A stretch of 64,000 bases of DNA, taken from the NCBI GenBank assembly GCA_001790515.1, contig MGCS01000002.1:48234-112233 (forward strand), in the 5' to 3' direction. The first letter of the stretch is position 1. Each line of letters starts with the position of its first letter. Below the pieces are notes generated by a model. That model did not search any database and had not been told where the DNA came from. It saw only the letters and a program-made list of their open reading frames with translations. Below, one piece after another: positions 46,032 to 54,833 of the stretch. Made by a program: the position numbers and the translations under genes. Source of the stretch: Candidatus Saccharibacteria bacterium RIFCSPHIGHO2_12_FULL_44_22 (GTDB lineage Bacteria > Patescibacteriota > Saccharimonadia > Saccharimonadales > Saccharimonadaceae).

Positions 46032-48122
46032 TTACGACCAGCGATGCCGAATGTCTTCTTCAATGACTTCGTCTACAATACCTTTGCCGTGCAGATAGTC
46101 GAGCGTGTGAACGCCAGACGCGGTAATTGATTTTTTAGCCAGGAATCCTAAGTACGGCGCTAGTTCTTGGCCGTGTTTTTCTAGCAAACTATCGACCTTA
46201 TCGGCACATTGCGAGCGGAAATTTGTATACCGTTCAATCACTTTGGTGTATGACACGTCGCTGAAAACAGGCGTATCGTATTGAGTTTGCATCTGCTCAA
46301 TCGTCGACACAACCTTGCGCGCCATAATCATCTGACCTCTATAGTACTGTAGTTTTTCATCAAGAGTGATCTCGCTACCTTTGCGATCAAATACAGTTTG
46401 CATAAAATTAACGAGTCTATCAAAAATATCTTTACGATCAATATGCGAGGTCGGATCAATCTCGTCATGACGAGCATATTCGATCTTTTCGGTCTGAAGA
46501 TTTAATTTACCATTAATCTTGCGAAGCATACGTTCGCTGATTTCACCATTAACATATAGCTGTTTTAGCACGGAACCTTCAATATGGATTGCCATCAGAT
46601 GGAGTGATTGGTCAAAGAGTTTTTGTCCATACTGTTCGCGTAGTTTATCTCGTTCCGACTGCGCAGTCACAATCTGCTGATCAAGCGTTACGGATAACGT
46701 TTTATAATGCTCATCACGTATGAACCCACGGGTTTTATGCGTTTGGAAGCGTGATTTTTCTGTCAGGAGATAATACACGCTCAAGTCGGCTTCGTGCGCC
46801 AATTTAAGCGGCTCTGGCGCGTCGATCTTTAGTCTTCGTATGATAACACCTATCAGTGGAGCTTTAATGAATAGTGTCGCTAAAATACAGCCGATAGTAA
46901 TAGCTAGCAAAAATTCTCTCGGAGTAAACGCATACGCCCAATCAGCTACGATAAAATCTTCCGGTATCAGCAATATAATGATAATCGCGAGCGCACCCCG
47001 AAGACTCCCCCACGCCAGTAATGCTTGCCATGCTGCTGGAATTTTACCTTCAATTTTTGACATGTTAAGCGGAATAACAACACTGTAAACTGCGATGACA
47101 CGTACGACGGCTACCACTACTACAGTAATCAATATTGGTAGCCACAGCACCCTGAAATCAACACCCGAACTGGCAAACAACAATCCCGCCAAAATAAAGA
47201 CGAGTGAGTTTGCTATAAACGCCATATGCTCGATAAACTTGCCGAGATACTCATCGGTCTTTGGCGATAAAGTATGACGCGAGTAGTTACCCAAATACAG
47301 CGCAGCTACTGTTGTTGCGATGATCGATGAAATATGAATCGGCAGCCCAAACAGGCCATGCTCATTAACGATTTCGCCCAAAAGAAAGACGATATGTGCT
47401 GAAATAATGAGCAGGGTCACTGTCACAAATTCATTGCTACGCGTAAAACGCAATGCGCGAGAAAATACCGCCGCCATAAACAATCCCAGTACAATTCCAA
47501 AACCAACCATACCGGCAAACATCAACACACCTTCTGTTACCGTAGCCACGCCGTGGAATCCACCGGTCGCGACTGCCAATATGACCATAAATAACGCCAC
47601 GGCGGTACCGTCGTTAAATAAACTTTCGCCTTCGAATATCATTGTTAAGCGTTTTGGTGCACCGTATTCTTTGAATAACGCCAATACAGCCACAGGGTCA
47701 GTCGATGATATGATCGCAGCAAATAGCAATGCGACGATGAATGGTATATGTAATCCTATGAGAGGCAAAATGAAATACAGCGCTGTTGAAATAAGTGCTG
47801 TTGAAATAAGCAACCCAACGACTGCAAGCAGAGATATCGCCCAAGCGCTATCAAGCATCTTGCGGATATTCATATTAAACGCTGATTCAAATATCAGGAT
47901 CGGCAAGAATATGTAAAACAGCAGTTCTGGGGTTAACTGTACATCGTCAAGAAACCCAAACACCGTTTCTAGCCCAGGTAGTTTCGTTATAGGCACCAGA
48001 ATAATACCGACTAGCACCAACAAAACTGTGTAGGGAACCTTGAACCGCTTGGCCACGAAGAACACTGCCGTCGATAGCGCAAGCAAAGTAAATAATGATA
48101 AAACTGAAGTAATTGTAAGCAT
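46032..48122 (-). CDS. Na+/H+ antiporter (CPA1/NhaP-type) with a long cytoplasmic C-terminal domain
   Basis: About 12 predicted TM helices with cation/proton exchanger-like segments (FESAFNM, ISSTDPVAVLALFKE), followed by a soluble tail of about 280 aa. Confidence 0.8.
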   Translation of the reverse strand: MLTITSVLSLFTLLALSTAVFFVAKRFKVPYTVLLVLVGIILVPITKLPGLETVFGFLDDVQLTPELLFYIFLPILIFESAFNMNIRKMLDSAWAISLLAVVGLLISTALISTALYFILPLIGLHIPFIVALLFAAIISSTDPVAVLALFKEYGAPKRLTMIFEGESLFNDGTAVALFMVILAVATGGFHGVATVTEGVLMFAGMVGFGIVLGLFMAAVFSRALRFTRSNEFVTVTLLIISAHIVFLLGEIVNEHGLFGLPIHISSIIATTVAALYLGNYSRHTLSPKTDEYLGKFIEHMAFIANSLVFILAGLLFASSGVDFRVLWLPILITVVVVAVVRVIAVYSVVIPLNMSKIEGKIPAAWQALLAWGSLRGALAIIIILLIPEDFIVADWAYAFTPREFLLAITIGCILATLFIKAPLIGVIIRRLKIDAPEPLKLAHEADLSVYYLLTEKSRFQTHKTRGFIRDEHYKTLSVTLDQQIVTAQSERDKLREQYGQKLFDQSLHLMAIHIEGSVLKQLYVNGEISERMLRKINGKLNLQTEKIEYARHDEIDPTSHIDRKDIFDRLVNFMQTVFDRKGSEITLDEKLQYYRGQMIMARKVVSTIEQMQTQYDTPVFSDVSYTKVIERYTNFRSQCADKVDSLLEKHGQELAPYLGFLAKKSITASGVHTLDYLHGKGIVDEVIEEDIRHRWS

Positions 48123-48195
48123 ACGTATTCCCTAAAGATGTTTCTAACTTGTATAACTATACGCCTATCACAATGAATAGAAAAGCTACATCAGC

Positions 48196-49950
48196 CTAAA
48201 CTGCGAGTAAAGCAGCATCATTCATAGCAAAGCGTACCGTCGTACCTGCGGAAACTGATACCGGAGACGATGCAGTTGGAGCTGTAAGATTGAGCGTCTG
48301 AGCCGTGCTATTGCGAATCAAGTACGTACGCCGAGCACGTGGAAAAGTGATAGTCCTAGTGGCCGTAAGTGTACCGATAAAATCAATAAACGATGCGTCG
48401 CCTTGCCGAACAGCCAGCGTCGTATCAGCATCAGTTAGTGTAATAGTCGAAAATGGCTGGTGTGTTGAACTGTTGATCTCACAGCCCCATAATTCATTGC
48501 CAAATGCTCCGCTCGCCTGATCGACTTCTGTTCCGGATGTACCTTTTACAATACGGCTATTACGAAGTTGGTTTGCCATACATGCACCGCCAACAAAGCG
48601 AACGACGGATAGAGAGGTCGTCGATGATAACGTTCTGAAATCAGATTGATCCCAAGTATTTTTTTCACATGGCGGAGACGTGGCGCTCTCTAAATAAAGC
48701 GCATACGATCCCGTAGAGTCATACAGTTCGCCTTGTGCTCGAGTGCGGCGTGAGCGTCGAATGTCCATCGTTATGCCAACCGTAATAAACACGTTATCGC
48801 TAAATCGCGCATCGTTCAGAAAGTCAAACCCGCTCCCAAACCCTGAACGATCGAGTGATTTATTCTGCGTCACAGTCGGTGCTATGTTCACGGAAGTGTT
48901 GGCGTTGTTTGACATGCTGATTAACTTGCATGTACTACCCAGATTGGTAAATGTATTACCTGTAACGATCGCATACTGGTGATCACGAGCATATTCGATT
49001 GCAATGGTTGCCGAATCATCAAAATGACAGTGTAATGTTTTGCAACCTAACATCTTGCCGCTGTACGAAAGCGCGATGCCCGTCGTAACGTTACCACAAG
49101 ACAAGAACTGGCATGATTCGGTGCGAACATTACGCACGCGCACCGTCGTATCGGTGTCACCAGTGTGATCCTGAATCTCGACACCCATACGACCACACCT
49201 ATCAAATACGCAGGTATCAAACAAAATATCGTCGACCGCCAAAGCAGCAAGTCCGTCAGCAATTATCTTTGCGCCATTCGTCGCGCGATTGATAGCACGA
49301 AATGTACAACTGCGAAACTTCACACGTTTTAGCGTTTTTGAAAGCGATCGCACCAGTCCGCCTGATGCGTTGTTTGTCGCATCAATTACAGTCGTTTCAA
49401 AAATAATATTCTCAAACGTCACATCTTCACAGTTAATAAGATTGATCAGATTCGTCAATGTATCCGAAAAGATACGAGTGCCGCTCTGCCCCACTACCGT
49501 TACGCCACTGACAGAACCAGCGATCGAAGTTGCCAGATAATAATTTCCGCTCGGGAGAATGAGGTTCTTGCCGAGTGCAAACGCAGCAGCAAGAGCCGCT
49601 GAGTCATTCGTCGTACCGTCACCAACTACCCCTACCTCTCGGACATTCACTAAATCACCAAGTAATCGTGACGTGGCATTAAGTTTTGTCTGCACAGCAC
49701 CACCAAGAAGCACTTCGGTAATCGTTCCGTCGGCAATGATCGAAGCATTGACCGAATCATCCGCAAGCGCTGCATTTGTCACACTGTCCGGAGCAATAGC
49801 TGCTGAAGTCACCGAATTATTCTGTAGCTGGGCAGCACCGATAGTGTTATCTTTTATCGTCCCGTCACTTTTATGAGATTGTGACAAATAATCATTGAGG
49901 ATGTCTCCCCAATTGCCGTTATCTCCTCCTGGTTGTGGTAAGCGTGCCAT
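48196..49950 (-). CDS. fibre-family protein: MARLP N-terminal module plus pectate-lyase-3/parallel beta-helix (tailspike depolymerase-like) domain
   Basis: MARLPQPGGDNGNWGDILNDYLSQ start. VREVGVVGDGTTNDSAALAAAF is the Pectate_lyase_3-type entry motif, followed by repeated beta-helix turns (CTFRAIN, CVFDRCG, CQFLSCG, CHFDDS). Confidence 0.75.
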   Translation of the reverse strand: MARLPQPGGDNGNWGDILNDYLSQSHKSDGTIKDNTIGAAQLQNNSVTSAAIAPDSVTNAALADDSVNASIIADGTITEVLLGGAVQTKLNATSRLLGDLVNVREVGVVGDGTTNDSAALAAAFALGKNLILPSGNYYLATSIAGSVSGVTVVGQSGTRIFSDTLTNLINLINCEDVTFENIIFETTVIDATNNASGGLVRSLSKTLKRVKFRSCTFRAINRATNGAKIIADGLAALAVDDILFDTCVFDRCGRMGVEIQDHTGDTDTTVRVRNVRTESCQFLSCGNVTTGIALSYSGKMLGCKTLHCHFDDSATIAIEYARDHQYAIVTGNTFTNLGSTCKLISMSNNANTSVNIAPTVTQNKSLDRSGFGSGFDFLNDARFSDNVFITVGITMDIRRSRRTRAQGELYDSTGSYALYLESATSPPCEKNTWDQSDFRTLSSTTSLSVVRFVGGACMANQLRNSRIVKGTSGTEVDQASGAFGNELWGCEINSSTHQPFSTITLTDADTTLAVRQGDASFIDFIGTLTATRTITFPRARRTYLIRNSTAQTLNLTAPTASSPVSVSAGTTVRFAMNDAALLAV

Positions 49951-49960
49951 AATAGTGTTC

Positions 49961-49990
49961 AGTATACTACATTATGCTTGTGGTAAGAAA
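49961..49990 (-). promoter_or_regulatory. promoter block shared with the 45862 fibre gene; -10 TATACT 10 nt from the ATG
   Basis: See 45871..45900. The spacing between the conserved block and the -10 box is identical (8 nt). Confidence 0.45.
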
Positions 49991-50146
49991 GGAGGTTGCT
50001 TGGCTACTGCGCGATAGGCATGTATTACGCAACGTACGCATGTATCGCATGATACTCAGCCAACAGAACAACATAATACCAGCAACAATCTTTTTCCAGT
50101 GACGCTTCAGCGTGTCGTCACTATAGATAGTCAAGCTGAGAAACAC

Positions 50147-50875
50147 ATGAGCGAGTATACTAAGTGTATGAACATTCCATTATTTTTGAAGCAGCATCGA
50201 CTAAAAATTGGTGGCATCGCAGGAATCGTCGGAATGCAATACTTTATAGCTGAGTTTATTGCGGCCAATGCCTGGACTGCTACCCCCTATAGCTGGTCGC
50301 GCAATTACATTAGTGATCTGGGCGTGCCAGAATGTCTGGACGCCGGACAATTAGATCGCACAGTGTGTTCACCGCTCTACGGCGTCATGAATGCCGGTTT
50401 TATCACTCAAGCAGTCATCGTGACAATTGTGACAATCTGCCTGATCCACATAGTGTCCAAGCATTGGCGTTATCCAGTAGCATTCATTGCGGCCGTGTAC
50501 TGCACAGGGCTACTGCTCGTTGGACTGTTCCCGGGGTCAGTTGCCGAGAACCTGGGCGGTGATGATATGCGTATGGCAATGCATGGCATTGGTGCACTTA
50601 TGGCAATTCTAGGTGGAAACATCCTCGTTATTACTACCGCGCTTAGTTTGCGCACAAAATTTCCAGACTACGCGATCGTATCGCTACTATTAGGCATCAT
50701 TGGACTTCTTGCATCATTGATGTTTGCCGCGCAGATAGATTTTGGGTTTGGTATTGGCACAATTGAACGCGTCGCAGTTAACCCAATTGTTATATGGACG
50801 GTACTGACCGGTGCAGTTATACTAGCCGCGATATTTGGTCGATCACGAACGCCAGAACGATTTTTGCCACAGTAG
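50147..50875 (+). CDS. DUF998-like integral membrane protein
   Basis: Six to seven TM helices and the YSWSRNYISDLG motif common in DUF998 proteins. The start is uncertain (GTG 50099, ATG 50147 or 50168). Confidence 0.55.
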   Translation: MSEYTKCMNIPLFLKQHRLKIGGIAGIVGMQYFIAEFIAANAWTATPYSWSRNYISDLGVPECLDAGQLDRTVCSPLYGVMNAGFITQAVIVTIVTICLIHIVSKHWRYPVAFIAAVYCTGLLLVGLFPGSVAENLGGDDMRMAMHGIGALMAILGGNILVITTALSLRTKFPDYAIVSLLLGIIGLLASLMFAAQIDFGFGIGTIERVAVNPIVIWTVLTGAVILAAIFGRSRTPERFLPQ

Positions 50876-50887
50876 CTGCAAGACTCA

Positions 50888-51661
50888 TTACGAACGCGAC
50901 ACGCTGACATCATCAATCCAAATACTACCAGTCGTTCCGTCATTACCTACAGATATACTTACTGATGTGTTGGTATCTGTCAGAGTATAGCTACAACTTA
51001 TTTGCGTCCAGTCAGCTTTGACGCCGCCGTATCCACAGGCTTGTAGTAACGTTCCGCCAGATGTTGCGCCGAATCTAATTTTTGAATTGTTGTTCACACC
51101 GTTCCATGTGCTAGCAGATTTAACCCACAAACTAACCGTGTATGTCTGCCCCGCTGTTCCAGAATATGGCCCGCCGTTCAATGTCCTGCCGACACTCCCT
51201 GCATCCAAACGCATCGATGCGGGTGCCGATCGAAATTGTGCTGTATCCGACGTTGCACCAGATATAACCGGCGCTCCAGATTCGTTCCAGACAAGAAGAT
51301 TATAGTTAGTGCATACACCTTGCTGTACGCCGCCACTTGCCTGTGACACATAATACGTCATCGTACCACTCGTTGCTGTCAGACAATATTCCTCAGCAGA
51401 GGCGCTTGAATATTGATACGCAACGCCATCTCCATCTTTGATGTCAGCCTCGCTCAATGATGCGGGATAATTACCATTTGTTGTGTGGTAAACACCTACT
51501 TTTTTAGAATATTGGGTCAGTCCACTTGTTATTGATGCGATTTTTGCCCTATTATTCACACCTTGGTACGCAACGATAACGATAGCCGCCAAAATACCGA
51601 TTACCACGATAACTATCAATAGTTCTACAATTGTGAATCCCCGCCTACCCGAACTGTACAT
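50888..51661 (-). CDS. type IV pilin-like protein with a C-terminal carbohydrate-binding-module-like domain
   Basis: Prepilin leader and cleavage/methylation motif MYSSGRRG|FTIVELLIVIVVIGILAAI. The C-terminal ~130 aa is a beta-sandwich-like region ending GSIWIDDVSVSRS (CBM4/9-like). A TATACT box lies 6 nt upstream of the ATG at 51661. Confidence 0.75.
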   Translation of the reverse strand: MYSSGRRGFTIVELLIVIVVIGILAAIVIVAYQGVNNRAKIASITSGLTQYSKKVGVYHTTNGNYPASLSEADIKDGDGVAYQYSSASAEEYCLTATSGTMTYYVSQASGGVQQGVCTNYNLLVWNESGAPVISGATSDTAQFRSAPASMRLDAGSVGRTLNGGPYSGTAGQTYTVSLWVKSASTWNGVNNNSKIRFGATSGGTLLQACGYGGVKADWTQISCSYTLTDTNTSVSISVGNDGTTGSIWIDDVSVSRS

Positions 51662-51717
51662 AGATTTAGTATACCCTATATTGGTCACGATTAAAATGCG
51701 GCAAAAAAAGAACCCCG

Positions 51718-51984
51718 CTATTTGCGGAGTCCTAGTTTTGCGACAGTTGCTTTGTATTGTTCAAAGTCTTTACGCTCGAGATATTTCAAAAGGCGCTTTC
51801 GCTTCCCAACCATTTGGATAAGTCCGCGACGAGCCATATGGTCGTGCTTGTTAGCCTTGAGATGCTCTGTCACCTCTTTGATACGAGCCGTCAAAACTGA
51901 TGCCTGAGCTTGTGGGCTCCCGACGTCCGTTTTTGAAACCTGAGTCAAAGCAATTGCCTGTGATTTGTTCTCTTTAGTAATCAT
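51718..51984 (-). CDS. rpsO: 30S ribosomal protein S15
   Basis: 88 aa with HLKANKHDHMARRGLIQMVGKRKRLLKYL. Confidence 0.95.
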   Translation of the reverse strand: MITKENKSQAIALTQVSKTDVGSPQAQASVLTARIKEVTEHLKANKHDHMARRGLIQMVGKRKRLLKYLERKDFEQYKATVAKLGLRK

Positions 51985-52029
51985 CAGTTGTGTATTGTAT
52001 CAGAATTATAGAGGTAGCGCAACTAATAG

Positions 52030-52551
52030 CTACTCTTCATCATGATGAGGATTAATCGCACCTGCATCAATCAACGCAGAGCTCAAAACAAGTTCAAGTT
52101 CTGATGCCTCTTCTAGTGTCATAGGGTGATCAATATCACTGATTTCGTCGTCGTCATCTTGCTCAGCAAAAAGCCTCGTAATTGCCTCCATACGAACAGA
52201 CTCATCTGCCGTCTCACCATACGAGGAGGTAGTCCATTCAGGAGCGCCATGACGTGGAATTTTGAAACGGAATGTCGTATCCCCATCGCCATTTTCTTTC
52301 AGTGGCGTCACTGAATAAATCTCATCCGAGTCTCCAGACATCGGCATTTCATATTCAAGATGTAAAGCCTCATACCCTATGGCGCCCATACCCTGGTCAG
52401 TTGCATGAATTTCGGCACGTACAAAGGTAGCGCCGTCTTCTTCAACCCCCATTTCTGCATGCTCTGTTAATAGAATCCGCTTAACATGATCCAGAGATTC
52501 TGTATTAAGAAAATTGATCTGTCTACCATCATTATTAGGTTCATTGTCCAT
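52030..52551 (-). CDS. highly acidic hypothetical protein
   Basis: 173-aa ORF rich in Asp/Glu with no motif I recognise. It lies downstream of the SGNH ORF. Confidence 0.4.
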   Translation of the reverse strand: MDNEPNNDGRQINFLNTESLDHVKRILLTEHAEMGVEEDGATFVRAEIHATDQGMGAIGYEALHLEYEMPMSGDSDEIYSVTPLKENGDGDTTFRFKIPRHGAPEWTTSSYGETADESVRMEAITRLFAEQDDDDEISDIDHPMTLEEASELELVLSSALIDAGAINPHHDEE

Positions 52552-52723
52552 AAATCTATATTAGCATAAAAACTATAAAAAGTCAATTAGCAGACAAATT
52601 AAAACATCGAGCAGAATGTTCTACAAATCAGATCGTTAAAAATATATAAATTGCGTTATTTTAACGAATAGTGCTGTTGTCTCACTTGTGTCTTTTCGAT
52701 AATAAAGCTTGGGATCCATTCGA

Positions 52724-53380
52724 CTATATACGACCGGGGATCGCCTTGTCCATGATCTGCGAACCAATTGTCTTCATGTGCACACCATCGCCGCAATCAA
52801 CATCAGTTGATAGTGCATTCGCATCAGATACAGATGCGAGTCCTTGGTCGAGCCTAAAGCAACCATTCAGACCAAACGGAAGGGATTGAATCCATAAATT
52901 GAACCCATTGCGAATGACATGCTTCCCTGTGTTGTCGGTGGAGTAAATACGTGGCGGAATCGTTCCTGCATAGATTCTAGCATCTGGGTATGCCGACCGC
53001 ACCGCGGCAACAGTAGCGGCGTACTTAGTTTTAATTGTCGATAAGCTATCACCATTATCTATATTATTTGTTCCGAGCTCCACAACCACATAGTCCCATG
53101 CTATAAAACTCCATCGAGACATCCTGTAGGAAGCGGCATTTGACCATATATCGAGCGTCGCACCTGATAATGCAATATTCGTATTTAGCGACCTCGTTCG
53201 ATTTGCATGCGCCACCGACCAAGATGAAAGCATTCCGATACCAGCGTCTCCGGTAGCTCGTCTACCGACAGACAAAGAATCGCCGATTATTAACCCGAGG
53301 GGTGCATCTGTATTAGATTGATACTCTATCCATATGTCAAAAATACTGCCCTCATATGCCACCCTCGTGACGCTCTGCAA
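52724..53380 (-). CDS. SGNH/GDSL hydrolase domain ORF, probably the detached head of the 53431..54174 fibre gene
   Basis: SGNH blocks are IIGDSLSVG, VELGTNN and GDGVHM. The only start is a TTG without an SD. Its frame stays open for another 31 codons upstream and overlaps the end of the preceding ORF in the -1 frame. Confidence 0.6.
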   Translation of the reverse strand: MQSVTRVAYEGSIFDIWIEYQSNTDAPLGLIIGDSLSVGRRATGDAGIGMLSSWSVAHANRTRSLNTNIALSGATLDIWSNAASYRMSRWSFIAWDYVVVELGTNNIDNGDSLSTIKTKYAATVAAVRSAYPDARIYAGTIPPRIYSTDNTGKHVIRNGFNLWIQSLPFGLNGCFRLDQGLASVSDANALSTDVDCGDGVHMKTIGSQIMDKAIPGRI

Positions 53381-53430
53381 AGGTGCATCTGCAGCATTTG
53401 CAACGTAAAAGCATCCACCATAACCTCTTC

Positions 53431-54174
53431 CTATTTGAGTGCCTGCTGTGCAGTGTAACCAAAAGATAAGTTATAGCCTACATGCTTCTGAAATTGCTGG
53501 TTTGAAGCTGTAATCCATGGTGAAGTATATTCCGTCGAGAGATCCGAGGCAGTCCAGCCCGATAAGACTTGAATAGGAACTGTTTTAGATTTAGCATCCC
53601 ACCCACTCTCAATATCGGTAAACGGAGAAAGCCATACCCCATTAAAGACAACCTGACCTGGGTAGGAAACCGCGTCACGAGTATTATAATTTCGTATGTG
53701 CAGCCTCCACTGTTTTGTCGCAACAGGCAGACGTACGGAATTGACAATATTGACGCCAGGTCCGCCTACACCAAGTGAACTCGATGGCGTATTCCCTCCA
53801 CATGCCGAAACAATAAAAATACCTGTTTTGGCGCCTACTTCAGAAGGTTTCGCGTACATTTCATCAAAGTCAGTTTGATTTATATCCGTAAATGGAATTC
53901 CACTAGAGGGCTTAGTGTACTTTTCTGCTACATCTACAGCCTGCGCTGCAGTGTCCGCTCGAGCAAGTGAGTTCTGTATCGACATTGTAAGGCTACTGAC
54001 CATAACGCTGCCATCCAAAATAGCATCCTGTGTCACAGAACCAGTAGCTAGGTTGCTGGCCACAATAATACTGTCTTTGATTGTTCCGTCCGCCTTATGT
54101 GACGTAGCAAGATAGTCATTGAGAATACTTCCCCAATTGCCTGCGTCTCCTCCTGGTTGTGGTAGTCTAGCCAT
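53431..54174 (-). CDS. fibre-family protein: MARLP N-terminal module plus beta-sandwich-like domain (possibly truncated)
   Basis: MARLPQPGGDAGNWGSILNDYLATSHKADGTIKD start and a YTKPSSGIPFTDI fibre-type motif. It ends 50 nt before the SGNH ORF. Confidence 0.7.
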   Translation of the reverse strand: MARLPQPGGDAGNWGSILNDYLATSHKADGTIKDSIIVASNLATGSVTQDAILDGSVMVSSLTMSIQNSLARADTAAQAVDVAEKYTKPSSGIPFTDINQTDFDEMYAKPSEVGAKTGIFIVSACGGNTPSSSLGVGGPGVNIVNSVRLPVATKQWRLHIRNYNTRDAVSYPGQVVFNGVWLSPFTDIESGWDAKSKTVPIQVLSGWTASDLSTEYTSPWITASNQQFQKHVGYNLSFGYTAQQALK

Positions 54175-54313
54175 GATACCGTTTTATCCTTTGTACGCTC
54201 TCTTTATTATGCAGCTGTTGCGAACTAGTGCATGAATTTGTTATTAGTATACTACATCACGGTTATGGCTAGGGGGAGTTGTTGTGAATACGCAAAACTC
54301 ACTGCTAGGCGGA
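54175..54313 (-). promoter_or_regulatory. conserved promoter plus ~71-nt leader shared with the 56111 fibre gene
   Basis: Co-linear with 56112..56252. Shared plus-strand blocks are CTCTCTTT, ATGCAGC, GTGCATGAATTT and TTAGTATAC (-10 TATACT on the minus strand at 54246..54251), with a distal block (G/A)ATAC(G/A)CAAAAC..(C/G)C(T/C)GCTAGGC(G/A)GA. Confidence 0.5.
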
Positions 54314-54619
54314 GCCAAAGTCCCTATAGCGGCGGTCATGGGTACTGAAGGGTTCAATTAGGTTAACCCCGGCTCGCCTATACATTCATTTTAATATTGG
54401 GTAAATTGTAGGTTTTGGAGTATTTGACTGTTTAAAAACAGGCCAAAGCACTATGAAATATCGTGGTTTAGAGTTTAGGTAAAGATATTGTGTAGCGTTA
54501 GGGGTTTAACCCGCATATCTACAACACGAAGACTTTATCTGCGGAATGATATTATGAAATATATCTTCTATTTCCAAGAATGAAGCTTGGAATCAGGGGA
54601 ACTTGAATAGTCTATGGAG

Positions 54620-54820
54620 TTATTTATCTTTCTCATCTTTCTCAAGCTGGCTTTCTAATTTTTCTACTTCGGCAGGTAACCCTGCGAGCATTTCTCTCGC
54701 TTGAGATAGCGGAACGGAAACTGGCGACAGCTCCGGACCCGGCGAGAGTTCATCTTCGTCATCCCATACGAGTACGGGTTGGATTACTATGTGCGCGATT
54801 CTCAATCGTTTCTTTGTCAT
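54620..54820 (-). CDS. small acidic protein (66 aa) coupled to the upstream fibre gene
   Basis: The ATG at 54820 lies 14 nt after the fibre gene stop. Sequence is MTKKRLRIAHIVIQPVLVWDDEDELSPGPEL...EVEKLESQLEKDEKDK. I recognise no family. Confidence 0.4.
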   Translation of the reverse strand: MTKKRLRIAHIVIQPVLVWDDEDELSPGPELSPVSVPLSQAREMLAGLPAEVEKLESQLEKDEKDK

Positions 54821-54833
54821 AAGTTTTCTTTCA

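Noticed and set aside
54330-54385. tRNA-like T-arm (GGGTTCAATTAGGTTAACCC) and an RNase P-like GGAGCCAAAGTCC string upstream of the 54174 gene
   Set aside because: The loop is 10 nt rather than a 7-nt T-loop. No acceptor, D or anticodon arms can be drawn, and the RNase P-like string lacks the rest of P4.
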